Made by a program: the position numbers and the translations under genes. Of a DNA stretch of 37,612 nt, positions 1 through 9,394 are shown one piece after another. The notes under the pieces were generated by a model. The model saw only the letters and a program-made list of their open reading frames with translations, was not told the origin of the DNA and did not search any database. Where the stretch lies: positions 1 through 37,612 of the forward strand of contig JBDGQO010000019.1 of assembly GCA_042219045.1 (NCBI GenBank), in the 5' to 3' direction. Positions within the stretch are counted from its first letter, which is position 1. The number at the start of each line of letters is the position of its first letter. The stretch comes from Candidatus Bipolaricaulia bacterium (lineage in GTDB: Bacteria; Bipolaricaulota; Bipolaricaulia; RBG-16-55-9).

Positions 1-1352
<1,352 letters not shown>

Positions 1353-1405
1353 GAGCGACGACCACCTTCTTTCTGCGCCCCGCGGTCAGCCGGCCATCGC
1401 GGGCA

Positions 1406-1957
1406 TCAGGCATCCGACGGCGGCACGTCGAAGTCATGGTAGGGCTTGCCCTCGACTTGGGCGATCAAGTGGAGCGCCGCCGCCGCGCCGTCGCCGGCAG
1501 AAATGATCGCCTGCGACTGGTTTCTTGACGTCCAGCCGACGGCGTAGAGGTTGTCGATCGACGTCTCGCCGTTGTGGCCGACCTTGGCCTCCTTGCCTTC
1601 CATCTCGACGCCGAGGTTTTTCAGGAGGTCATTGTTAAGACCCGTGGCGACCACGAGGTAGGGAGCGCTCTCGCTTGCGCCGCCCTCGGTCTCGACGGTG
1701 AATCCGGCCTCGGCCACGGCAGCGCTGGTAATCTTTTCCTTGCGAATCTCCGTGCCGTATTCTTCGACCTGTTCGCGGGCGACGTTCAGGAAGTCCGAGC
1801 CGTGCATCTCTTGGATGCCCAGGTAGTTCCACAGATAGGCGCTGTGCATTTTGGAGTCGTCGGTGTCGTAGACGACGGTGTCCAGGCCGTACTTGGACGT
1901 GAAGAGCGCGGCGCTGTAGCCGGCCGGACCGCCGCCGACGATGATGACATCGGCCAT
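1406..1957 (-). CDS. short NAD(P)/FAD-dependent oxidoreductase, thioredoxin-reductase-related
   Basis: N-terminal VIIVGGGPAG dinucleotide-binding motif, VVATG, TSIDNLYAVG and QAIISAGDG motifs. Strong SD AAGGAGG. Confidence 0.88.
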   Translation of the reverse strand: MADVIIVGGGPAGYSAALFTSKYGLDTVVYDTDDSKMHSAYLWNYLGIQEMHGSDFLNVAREQVEEYGTEIRKEKITSAAVAEAGFTVETEGGASESAPYLVVATGLNNDLLKNLGVEMEGKEAKVGHNGETSIDNLYAVGWTSRNQSQAIISAGDGAAAALHLIAQVEGKPYHDFDVPPSDA

Positions 1958-1998
1958 CGTGCGTCCTCCTTTTTGGGAGCAAGGGTCACCGGCCGAGC

Positions 1999-2027
1999 AT
2001 TATAGGCGGGCGTGCGAGATGGGGCAA
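1999..2027 (-). promoter_or_regulatory. sigma70-type promoter for the oxidoreductase-gatB unit
   Basis: On the minus strand, TTGCCC-17 bp-TATAAT. Confidence 0.6.
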
Positions 2028-2052
2028 CGTGGATCGGGCGAGGCACGGGCCC

Positions 2053-2082
2053 TTGACAGGTCGATCGTCCGAGTGTTATCGT
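2053..2082 (+). promoter_or_regulatory. sigma70-type promoter for ferredoxin/HesB genes
   Basis: TTGACA (2053-2058), 18 bp, then TGnTATCGT (extended -10). Confidence 0.6.
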
Positions 2083-2091
2083 CCTTCCTAG

Positions 2092-2116
2092 AAATCGGAC
2101 TAAATTTGTCTGATTT
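2092..2116. promoter_or_regulatory. candidate Rrf2/IscR-like operator (inverted repeat)
   Basis: AAATCGGAC-TAAATTT-GTCTGATTT, an 8/9 inverted repeat with a 7-bp AT-rich spacer, just downstream of the promoter. The half-site recurs at 2953-2961. Confidence 0.6.
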
Positions 2117-2140
2117 AAGCCCGATCACGAAGGAGCGGAT

Positions 2141-2404
2141 ATGGCGTTTATCATTGCCGACCCGTGCATTGGCACCAAGTCAAGCGAATGCGTCCAGGTT
2201 TGCCCCGTGGATTGTATCCATCCGCGTCCCGACGAAGATGGGTTCGAGGAGGCCGACCAACTGTTCATCGATCCGGAAACCTGCATCAACTGCGCCGCGT
2301 GTGCGGCGGTCTGCCCTGTTGAGGCAATCTATCCCGAGGAGGACCTGCCCGAGCAATGGCGTCACTACATCGAGATCAACGCTCAACATTACGAGTCCTC
2401 CTGA
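2141..2404 (+). CDS. dicluster ferredoxin, probably 7Fe ([3Fe-4S][4Fe-4S]) type
   Basis: C-x7-C-x3-CP (CIGTKSSECVQVCP) plus CxxCxxCxxxCP (CINCAACAAVCP). SD AAGGAG. Confidence 0.93.
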   Translation: MAFIIADPCIGTKSSECVQVCPVDCIHPRPDEDGFEEADQLFIDPETCINCAACAAVCPVEAIYPEEDLPEQWRHYIEINAQHYESS

Positions 2405-2514
2405 TCGGCCATCGACAGGACAGGACGGTTCGCTGACCGCTGGAGCCCCACCAACGCACGAACCGTCCAGCTCAAACGGACAAAACCACCAAGCGGAAAA
2501 GGAGTGAGGAGCCT

Positions 2515-2898
2515 TTGATCACGGTGACGGAACGGGCCGCCGCCAAGCTGGATGAGGCGATGGGCCAACAGCCAGAATCCGTCTACGGGATCCGCCTCGA
2601 GGCCGAGACGTCCGGGGGATGCGGCCCAGGCTGTGGGTGCAGCAGCGTGACGTATCAGATGTATCCGGACACGTCCCAGCCCGAAGCAACGGACACGGTC
2701 GTGGACCAGACCCAGACCCCCCTGCTGATCTCGGAAGAGAGCCGGCCGGTTCTAGAGGGCGCCACCATCGACTTCGTCGAGGACGAATCGGCCGGTCCCA
2801 GCTTTACGCTGTTGCCCGACTCGACGGCGGAGGCCAGCTCGGGCGAGTGCGGGTGCGATGGCGACTGTGACTGTGATGGCGACTGCGGGTGCTCCTGA
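2515..2898 (+). CDS. HesB/IscA-family Fe-S cluster carrier with Cys-rich C-terminal tail
   Basis: MITVTERAAAKL start, GIRL..SGGC and LEGATIDFVE segments typical of A-type carriers. TTG start with SD GAGGAG. Confidence 0.8.
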   Translation: MITVTERAAAKLDEAMGQQPESVYGIRLEAETSGGCGPGCGCSSVTYQMYPDTSQPEATDTVVDQTQTPLLISEESRPVLEGATIDFVEDESAGPSFTLLPDSTAEASSGECGCDGDCDCDGDCGCS

Positions 2899-2946
2899 TC
2901 TCGCCCCCACCCCGCATCGTGCCTTGTGGGCGCAACGCCCCGCTCG

Positions 2947-2977
2947 TTGACAAAATCAGACCGTTCTGGTAAGCTTT
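2947..2977 (+). promoter_or_regulatory. suf operon promoter overlapping a second operator-like site
   Basis: TTGACA (2947-2952)-17 bp-TAAGCT (2970-2975) with TG extension. The spacer begins with AAATCAGAC, matching the half-site at 2092-2116. Confidence 0.65.
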
Positions 2978-3049
2978 TTGGCGTTCACAACGCATCCAGG
3001 ACTCAGATTCCATGCGACGTTTCGCGACTGAAAGGGGCGGAGTTTCCAC

Positions 3050-3865
3050 ATGAGTGATCAGCTGGTCATTCGCAACCTGCATGCCAACGTCGAGGGCAAC
3101 GAGATCATCAAGGGCCTCGACCTGACCATCACCAAGGGCGAGGTCCACGCGATCATGGGCCCGAACGGCTCCGGCAAGAGCACGCTAGCCTACGCCCTCA
3201 TGGGCCATCCCAATTACGAGGTCACCGAGGGCGAAGTGACGTTCAAGGGCGAGGACGTGCTCGACATGGAGCCCGACGAGCGGGCCCGACTCGGCATGTT
3301 CTTGGCGTTCCAGTACCCGTTCGAGATCAGCGGCGTGCCCATGTCACGCTTCATCCTCCAGTCGATCAAGGCCCAGCAGGCCGACGACGAGGAGGACGAC
3401 GAGGGCGGCAACGGTCAGAACAAGATGCCCTTTGGCCAATTCCGCAAGATGATGAACGAGAATCTGGAGAAACTGGGCATCGATGAGTCCTTCGCCAAGC
3501 GCTACCTGAACGAGGGCTTCTCCGGCGGCGAGAAAAAGCGCGCGGAGATCCTGCAAATGCTCATGCTCAAGCCGGAGATCGCCATCCTGGACGAGACGGA
3601 CTCCGGCCTCGATATCGACTCAGTGCGCATCGTCGCCGAGGCCGTCAACAGCATGCGCGGGCCCGAGTTCTCCTGCTTGGCGATCACCCACTATCAGCGC
3701 ATTCTCAACTACCTGCGCCCCGATCACGTCCACGTCATGCTCGGGGGCAAGATCGTCAAGAGCGGCGACGAAAACCTCGCAAACGAGCTCGAAGAGACCG
3801 GTTACGAGGCGCTCGCCAAGGAGGCGGGCGTAGCCTTCACGCCGCAACAGGAAGAGGAGGGTTGA
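3050..3865 (+). CDS. sufC: Fe-S cluster assembly ATPase SufC
   Basis: GPNGSGKST Walker A, FLAFQYP, NEGFSGGEKKR signature, ILDETDSGLDID, ITHYQRIL. Confidence 0.98.
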   Translation: MSDQLVIRNLHANVEGNEIIKGLDLTITKGEVHAIMGPNGSGKSTLAYALMGHPNYEVTEGEVTFKGEDVLDMEPDERARLGMFLAFQYPFEISGVPMSRFILQSIKAQQADDEEDDEGGNGQNKMPFGQFRKMMNENLEKLGIDESFAKRYLNEGFSGGEKKRAEILQMLMLKPEIAILDETDSGLDIDSVRIVAEAVNSMRGPEFSCLAITHYQRILNYLRPDHVHVMLGGKIVKSGDENLANELEETGYEALAKEAGVAFTPQQEEEG

Positions 3866-3869
3866 CCTC

Positions 3870-5330
3870 ATGGCCGACGAGCGCCACTTGGGCGAGAAGC
3901 GACACGGCGAGGCCGCGGTCGCGGACAAGCCGGAAAAGCCCACATTTGAGCGCAACTACGAGAAATACAACTTCGCGTACTCGACCGAGAACTACAGCTA
4001 CATCGGCGAGCCGGGCCTCAACCGACAGACGGTCGAAGACATTTCCCGCGACAAGGGCGAGCCGGAGTGGATGACCCAGTACCGGCTCGAGGCCTACGAC
4101 ATCTTTTGCCAGAAGCCGCTGCCCATGTGGGGCGGCGACCTGACGAACCTCAACTTCAACGACATCACCTACTACGCGCGGGCGACTGACACCGTCGCCA
4201 ACAGCTGGGACGACGTGCCGGCCGAGATCAAGGAGACCTACGATCGGCTCGGCATCCCGGAGGCCGAGAAGAAGCACCTGGCGGGCGTCGGCGCCCAGTA
4301 CGACTCCGACATGGTCTATCATAGCCTGAGGGAGGACCTGGAGGAGCAGGGCGTCGTCTTCCTCGGCATGGACCAGGGCCTCGAGCAATACCCCGAGCTC
4401 GTCAAAGAATACTTCGGCACGGTCATTCCGAAGGAGGACAACAAGTTCGCCGCCCTGAACAGCGCCGTCTGGAGCGGCGGCTCGTTCATCTACGTCCCGA
4501 AGGGCGTGGAGGTCGACATTCCGCTCCAGGCGTATTTCCGCATCAACGCCGCCAACATGGGCCAGTTCGAGCGGACGCTCATCATCGCCGACGAGGGCGC
4601 CAAGGTCCACTACATCGAGGGCTGCACCGCCCCCGTCTACTCCAAGGAGTCGCTCCACTCCGCCATCGTCGAGCTGGTGGCGCTGCCGGGCTCGCACCTG
4701 CGCTACACGACGCTGCAGAACTGGTCCGACGACGTCTACAACCTTGTCACCAAGCGGGCCGTGGCCCATCGCGACGCCACCGTCGAGTGGGTCGACGCCA
4801 ACCTCGGCTCCCGGGTCACCATGAAGTACCCGTCGATCTACATGTTGGGCGAGGGCGCCAAGGCCGACATCCTCTCGGTCGCCTACGCCGGCGCCAACCA
4901 GCACCAGGACACCGGCGGCAAGGTGATCCACGCCGCGCCCCACACCACCAGCACGATCACGAGCAAGTCCGTCAGCAAGGACGGCGGCCACGCGGGCTAT
5001 CGCGGCCAGCTCAAGGTGACCAAGGGTGCCAAGAAGGCCAAATCCAGCGTCCTCTGCGACGCGTTGCTGTTGGACGAGCATTCCCGCTCGGACACGTATC
5101 CGTACAACGAGATCGACGAGGACGACGTCACCATCGGCCACGAGGCCACGGTCGGCAAGGTCGGCGAGGACCAGATCTTCTATCTGCAGAGCCGCGGCCT
5201 GTCCGAATCCGAGGCCATTGCCATGATCGTCCTCGGCTTCATGGAGCCGTTTACGAAGACGTTGCCCATGGAGTACGCGCTGGAGTTCAATCGCCTCATC
5301 CAGCTCGAGATGGAAGGCTCCGTCGGTTAA
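3870..5330 (+). CDS. sufB: Fe-S cluster assembly protein SufB
   Basis: LGIPEAE, FAALNSAVWSGGSF, PLQAYFRIN, GQFERTLII, YIEGCTAP, HEATVGK, LEMEGSVG C-terminus. Confidence 0.98.
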   Translation: MADERHLGEKRHGEAAVADKPEKPTFERNYEKYNFAYSTENYSYIGEPGLNRQTVEDISRDKGEPEWMTQYRLEAYDIFCQKPLPMWGGDLTNLNFNDITYYARATDTVANSWDDVPAEIKETYDRLGIPEAEKKHLAGVGAQYDSDMVYHSLREDLEEQGVVFLGMDQGLEQYPELVKEYFGTVIPKEDNKFAALNSAVWSGGSFIYVPKGVEVDIPLQAYFRINAANMGQFERTLIIADEGAKVHYIEGCTAPVYSKESLHSAIVELVALPGSHLRYTTLQNWSDDVYNLVTKRAVAHRDATVEWVDANLGSRVTMKYPSIYMLGEGAKADILSVAYAGANQHQDTGGKVIHAAPHTTSTITSKSVSKDGGHAGYRGQLKVTKGAKKAKSSVLCDALLLDEHSRSDTYPYNEIDEDDVTIGHEATVGKVGEDQIFYLQSRGLSESEAIAMIVLGFMEPFTKTLPMEYALEFNRLIQLEMEGSVG

Positions 5331-5350
5331 ACAACCTCACGGCAACAACC

Positions 5351-5384
5351 GCGAAGGGGCGAGCCTCCGCGTTCGCCCCTTCGC
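5351..5384 (+). other. strong intra-operon stem-loop between sufB and sufD
   Basis: GCGAAGGGGCGA / TCGCCCCTTCGC perfect 12-bp inverted repeat, no U-tract. Confidence 0.6.
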
Positions 5385-5440
5385 AAGCCTTCAACCGACC
5401 GCAAGTTGAATGATATTTGCCAAGCAGAAGGGATTTGACG

Positions 5441-6751
5441 ATGGCTGATTCGCATACCACCGAACGACCGATTTCGCGCGAGCTGATCGACAAACTCTCC
5501 CAAGGTCGCAACGAGCCGGAGTGGCTCACCAAGTGGCGCGAGCACAACTGGACCTCGTACAAGCAATTGCCCATGCCCAGCTCACGCTACACGAGCATCC
5601 GCGGGCTCGACCTGGAGACGATCCATCCCGTCATGGACGACGAGGAGACGCCCGAGATTCCGGACGAGTTCCAGTCGTTCACCGAGTTGGGCGAGGCTGC
5701 CGGGCTGATCATCGACGTCGACGGGCACGTCGTCCACACGGAGGTGCCCGACGTCCTGGCGAAGCAGGGCGTGGTCTTTACCGACATGGCCACGGCGATC
5801 GACGAGCACCCGGACCTGGTGCAGACCTACGTCGAACGGCTCGGCGCGCCGAGCGACCGGCTCGTGGCGCTGCAGCGAGCGCTCTTCCGAGGCGGGCCCT
5901 TTGTGTATATCCCGGAGGGCGTCGAGCTGGAGCAGCCGCTGAGGGTCGTTCGGCTCTTGACCAAGCCCGGTGCTGGGTTGTTCACCCAGGGGATCGCCGT
6001 CGCCGAGCCGCACAGCAAGGCGACCTACATCGAAGAGCTCTATTCCCCGGGCGAGCCCTTTGAGCAGCCGGCGCTGGAGGGCAACACGACGCTCGTGCAC
6101 GTCGGCCAGGGCGCGGAGCTCAACTACGCCAGCGTGCAGAACTGGAACCCGCAAGTGTTCAGCGTGGGCCGACGACGCGGCATCGTGGAACAGGACGGCC
6201 ATCTGCGCTGGACGCTCGGCTGGCTCGGCGGCCGCACCGTCATGAACCACCTGGAAAGCGAGATGAACGGGCCCGGCGCCGACATCCGCGACATCCAGGT
6301 GTTCTTCACCAGCGGCAAGCAGCACTTCGACCTGACGTCGAACCTCCAGCACCGCGAGTCCCACACCAACGGCGAAGTGACCGTCAAGGGCATCCTCCGG
6401 GACCAGTCCCGTGCGGTCTTCTGGGGACTGATCAAGATCTTCCCCGGCGCCCAGCAGGCGAACGCCTATCAGAGCGAGCGGTCCATGCTCATGGACGACG
6501 GCCCGCGCTCCAACGCGATCCCGTCGCTGGAGATCGAGGCCGACGACGTCCGCTGCACCCACGCCGCCTCGGCCAGCCAGATCGACGAAGAACAGATCTT
6601 CTACCTGAAAAGCCGCGGCCTGACGGAAGACGAGGCCCGACGGACCATCGTCGACGGCTTCTTCGAGCCGACGGTCGCCCAGATTCCGCTTCCGCTCGTG
6701 CAGGAGCGCCTGCGTGGGCTCATCGAGCGGAAATGGCGCGGTCGGATCTGA
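5441..6751 (+). CDS. sufD: Fe-S cluster assembly protein SufD
   Basis: SufB paralogue with PSLEIEADDVRCTHAAS and IDEEQIFYLKSRGL. ATG at 5441 preferred over TTG at 5417 (SD-like GAAGGGA). Confidence 0.96.
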   Translation: MADSHTTERPISRELIDKLSQGRNEPEWLTKWREHNWTSYKQLPMPSSRYTSIRGLDLETIHPVMDDEETPEIPDEFQSFTELGEAAGLIIDVDGHVVHTEVPDVLAKQGVVFTDMATAIDEHPDLVQTYVERLGAPSDRLVALQRALFRGGPFVYIPEGVELEQPLRVVRLLTKPGAGLFTQGIAVAEPHSKATYIEELYSPGEPFEQPALEGNTTLVHVGQGAELNYASVQNWNPQVFSVGRRRGIVEQDGHLRWTLGWLGGRTVMNHLESEMNGPGADIRDIQVFFTSGKQHFDLTSNLQHRESHTNGEVTVKGILRDQSRAVFWGLIKIFPGAQQANAYQSERSMLMDDGPRSNAIPSLEIEADDVRCTHAASASQIDEEQIFYLKSRGLTEDEARRTIVDGFFEPTVAQIPLPLVQERLRGLIERKWRGRI

Positions 6752-6781
6752 TTATCTAGAATAGGCGCGGGTGGTTCACGC

Positions 6782-7192
6782 ATGATGGACGACGTCAGCA
6801 TGGAGATCCTGCTCGATCACTACAAGGACCCGCGCAACTTCGGCGAACTCGACGCCCCCGACATCGAACACGAGGAGGGCAACCCCTCCTGCGGCGATCA
6901 GATCAAGATCGAGATCCAGCTGGCGACCGACGACGACACGATCGACGACATCCGATTTACCGGCAAGGGATGCGCGGTGAGCCAAGCGGCTGCGTCCATG
7001 CTTACCGAGGAGCTGAAGGGCGAGTCGGTCGAGCGCGCCCGCGAGATGGGCAAGCGCGAGATGCTGGAATTGTTGGGCATCGAGATCAACCCGATGCGGC
7101 TGAAGTGCGCGCTGCTTGCGCTCAAGATCACCCGCGCCGGGGCGTTCGGCATGGAGGAATGGCCCAACGGCGACGACGAGGAACTGGCTTGA
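6782..7192 (+). CDS. sufU: SUF-associated NifU/IscU-family scaffold or sulfur-transfer protein
   Basis: HYKDPRNFG, NPSCGD, GCAVSQAAASML, RLKCALL; three conserved Cys. Confidence 0.92.
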   Translation: MMDDVSMEILLDHYKDPRNFGELDAPDIEHEEGNPSCGDQIKIEIQLATDDDTIDDIRFTGKGCAVSQAAASMLTEELKGESVERAREMGKREMLELLGIEINPMRLKCALLALKITRAGAFGMEEWPNGDDEELA

Positions 7193-7231
7193 CGGATTTG
7201 CAACGACTGACGCTGTGGAAGGTGATGACGC

Positions 7232-7549
7232 ATGAGCCGGAGATGGATAACCGTAGCCGAGGAGAATGAACTCCAGCCGGGCGAGTACAAGTCCGTGGAA
7301 ATCGAGGACCAAGTGGTCGCCGTGTTCAACGTGGAGGGCGAGTTCTACGCCACCGACGACGTCTGCACGCACGACGGCGGCATCTTGACCGGCGGCGAGC
7401 TCGAGGGGAAGATCATCACTTGTCCCCGGCACGGCGCCAAGTTCGACGTCACCTCGGGCGAAGTCCGGCAGATGCCGGCGTTCGAGCCGATCTCGACCTA
7501 CGAGACCCGCGTGGAGGACGGCGACGTCCAGGTGCTGTTCGAATCCTAA
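7232..7549 (+). CDS. Rieske-type [2Fe-2S] ferredoxin (dioxygenase ferredoxin subunit-like)
   Basis: CTH...CPRHG Rieske motif, FDVTSG. Confidence 0.93.
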   Translation: MSRRWITVAEENELQPGEYKSVEIEDQVVAVFNVEGEFYATDDVCTHDGGILTGGELEGKIITCPRHGAKFDVTSGEVRQMPAFEPISTYETRVEDGDVQVLFES

Positions 7550-7645
7550 CGGCAACAGCACGGGCACAACGCCACGACAGCAGCACGGACTGAGTTGGCG
7601 AACGGTGCGTGCCTTGGCAGCAGTCTCTGAAGAAGGGGTTCCATT

Positions 7646-8905
7646 ATGACCCAGGCACAGGCCCCCGAGACCGCTCGACGGATCGATCCCCAGACGATCC
7701 GTCGCGACTTCCCGATCTTCGAGCGGACCGTCCACGACAAGCCGCTGATCTATCTCGACAACGCCGCCACCACCCAACGCCCGCAGCCCGTTATCGACGC
7801 CGTCCGGCACTCCTACGAGCGCCAGAACGCCAACGTCCACCGCGCCGTGCACACGCTCAGCTACGAGGCGAGCGTGGCGTTTGAGAACGCCCACAAGAAA
7901 GTGGCCCGCTTCGTCAACGCCGACAGCTGGCGCGAGATCGTCTTCACGCGCAACGCCACCGAGGGGCTCAACCTCGTCGCGTTCGCCTGGGGCATGGCCA
8001 ATCTCAACGAGGGCGACGAGATCGTCCTCACGCTCATGGAGCACCACTCCGACATCGTCCCCTGGCAGATGCTGCGCGATCATAAGGGCGTCAACCTGAC
8101 GTTCGTCGATGTCGACGAGAACGGCCGCCTCGAGATGGAGGAGTTCAAGGACGCCCTGAACGAGAACGTCAAGCTCGTCGGCCTCATCCAGGCCTCCAAC
8201 GTCCTGGGGACGATCAACCCCGTTGCTGACATGGTCGAGATGGCCCACGACGTCGGCGCGGTCGCGGTCGTCGACGCTGCCCAGTCCGCCCCCCACATTC
8301 CCGTCGACATCCAAGACCTGGGCTGCGACTTCCTGGCCGCCTCGGGCCACAAGATGCTCGGTCCGAGCGGCACCGGCTTCCTCTACGGTCGCAGGCAGCT
8401 CTTGGAGGAGATGCAGCCGTTCCTGCGCGGCGGCGACATGATCGCGACGGTCACCACGGAGGGCTCCACCTGGAACGAGCTGCCGTGGAAGTTCGAGGCC
8501 GGCACGCCCGATGTGGGCGGCGGGATCGGCCTCGGCGAGGCGGCCGACTATCTGCTCGAGCTCGGCCTGGACAACGTCTACGCCCACGAGCAACAGCTCA
8601 TCGAGTATGCCTTGGACAAGATGCTGGCGCTCGACGGCGTGACGGTCTACGGGCCGCACGACAGCGACGACCGATTGGCAGTCATCTCCTTCAACGTCGA
8701 CGGGGTCCATCCGCACGATCTGGCCAGCATTCTCGACGGGCAGGGCATCGCCGTGCGCTCGGGCCACCACTGCGCCCAACCGCTCATGGCCCGCCTCGGC
8801 ATGGACAACACGGCCCGCGCCAGCTTCTACATCTACAACGATCATGACGAAGTCGATAGATTGATCGACGGCGTCCGGAAGGCGAAGCAGCTCTTCCAAG
8901 TCTGA
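7646..8905 (+). CDS. sufS: cysteine desulfurase, group II (SufS)
   Basis: YLDNAATT, EHHS, SGHKMLGP (PLP lysine), FEAGTP, RSGHHCAQP catalytic Cys motif. Confidence 0.98.
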   Translation: MTQAQAPETARRIDPQTIRRDFPIFERTVHDKPLIYLDNAATTQRPQPVIDAVRHSYERQNANVHRAVHTLSYEASVAFENAHKKVARFVNADSWREIVFTRNATEGLNLVAFAWGMANLNEGDEIVLTLMEHHSDIVPWQMLRDHKGVNLTFVDVDENGRLEMEEFKDALNENVKLVGLIQASNVLGTINPVADMVEMAHDVGAVAVVDAAQSAPHIPVDIQDLGCDFLAASGHKMLGPSGTGFLYGRRQLLEEMQPFLRGGDMIATVTTEGSTWNELPWKFEAGTPDVGGGIGLGEAADYLLELGLDNVYAHEQQLIEYALDKMLALDGVTVYGPHDSDDRLAVISFNVDGVHPHDLASILDGQGIAVRSGHHCAQPLMARLGMDNTARASFYIYNDHDEVDRLIDGVRKAKQLFQV

Positions 8906-8933
8906 GGCCAGATAGACGAAGGGCGGAGGCCCC

Positions 8934-9334
8934 GTCAACGGACAAATCGCGCTCGTGGCCATCCTGACCGAGAATGTGTCCCGACTGACCGAGTTCTATC
9001 GCGACGTGCTGGGCTTCGAAGTAAGGTGAACCTCGGCGGCTACGTGGAGTTTGCGAGCGAGGGCGTGCGGCTCTCGCTCTGCGAGCGCGCCACAATGGCA
9101 GAGGTTACCGGCCACGACAGCGATGACGAGACGCCGCAGGGGGCACACCTCCGAGTTGGCGTTCCCCACCAAGACTCCCGAGGCGGTCGACCGCGTCCAT
9201 GAGGAGATCGTTAATAAGGGCGCGACGCCGATCCAGGGTTCGCCGATATGCCCTGGAACCGACGGACGGCGTTCTTCGCCGATCCGGATGGGAACGTTCA
9301 TGAGCTGTTCGCCGACCTTGCCCCAGAACCATAG
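8934..9334 (+). pseudogene. VOC/glyoxalase-family pseudogene with three frameshifts
   Basis: Joining frames gives NGQIALVAILTENVSRLTEFYRDVLGFEV / NLGGYVEFASEGVRLSLCERATMAEVTG.. / HTSELAFPTKTPEAVDRVHEEIVNKGATPIQG / DMPWNRRTAFFADPDGNVHELFADL. FYRDVLGF and PW..R..FFADPDGN are VOC hallmarks. SD GGAGG is followed by GTC instead of a start codon. Confidence 0.85.
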
Positions 9335-9394
9335 GGCCACTCACCGCATACGTCGACCGCAACGGGCCAGTGCCGATTGATATAGTCCTCGGAG

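Noticed and set aside
7549..7590. CA-rich GGCAACA.. stretches after sufB (5341), the Rieske gene (7551) and near 31523
   Set aside because: Short, low-complexity and irregularly spaced; not a CRISPR or a definable repeat family.
6776..8962. 728-aa minus-strand ORF (also 3837-5141 and 5582-6562)
   Set aside because: Lies antisense to clear suf genes and has no recognisable motifs.
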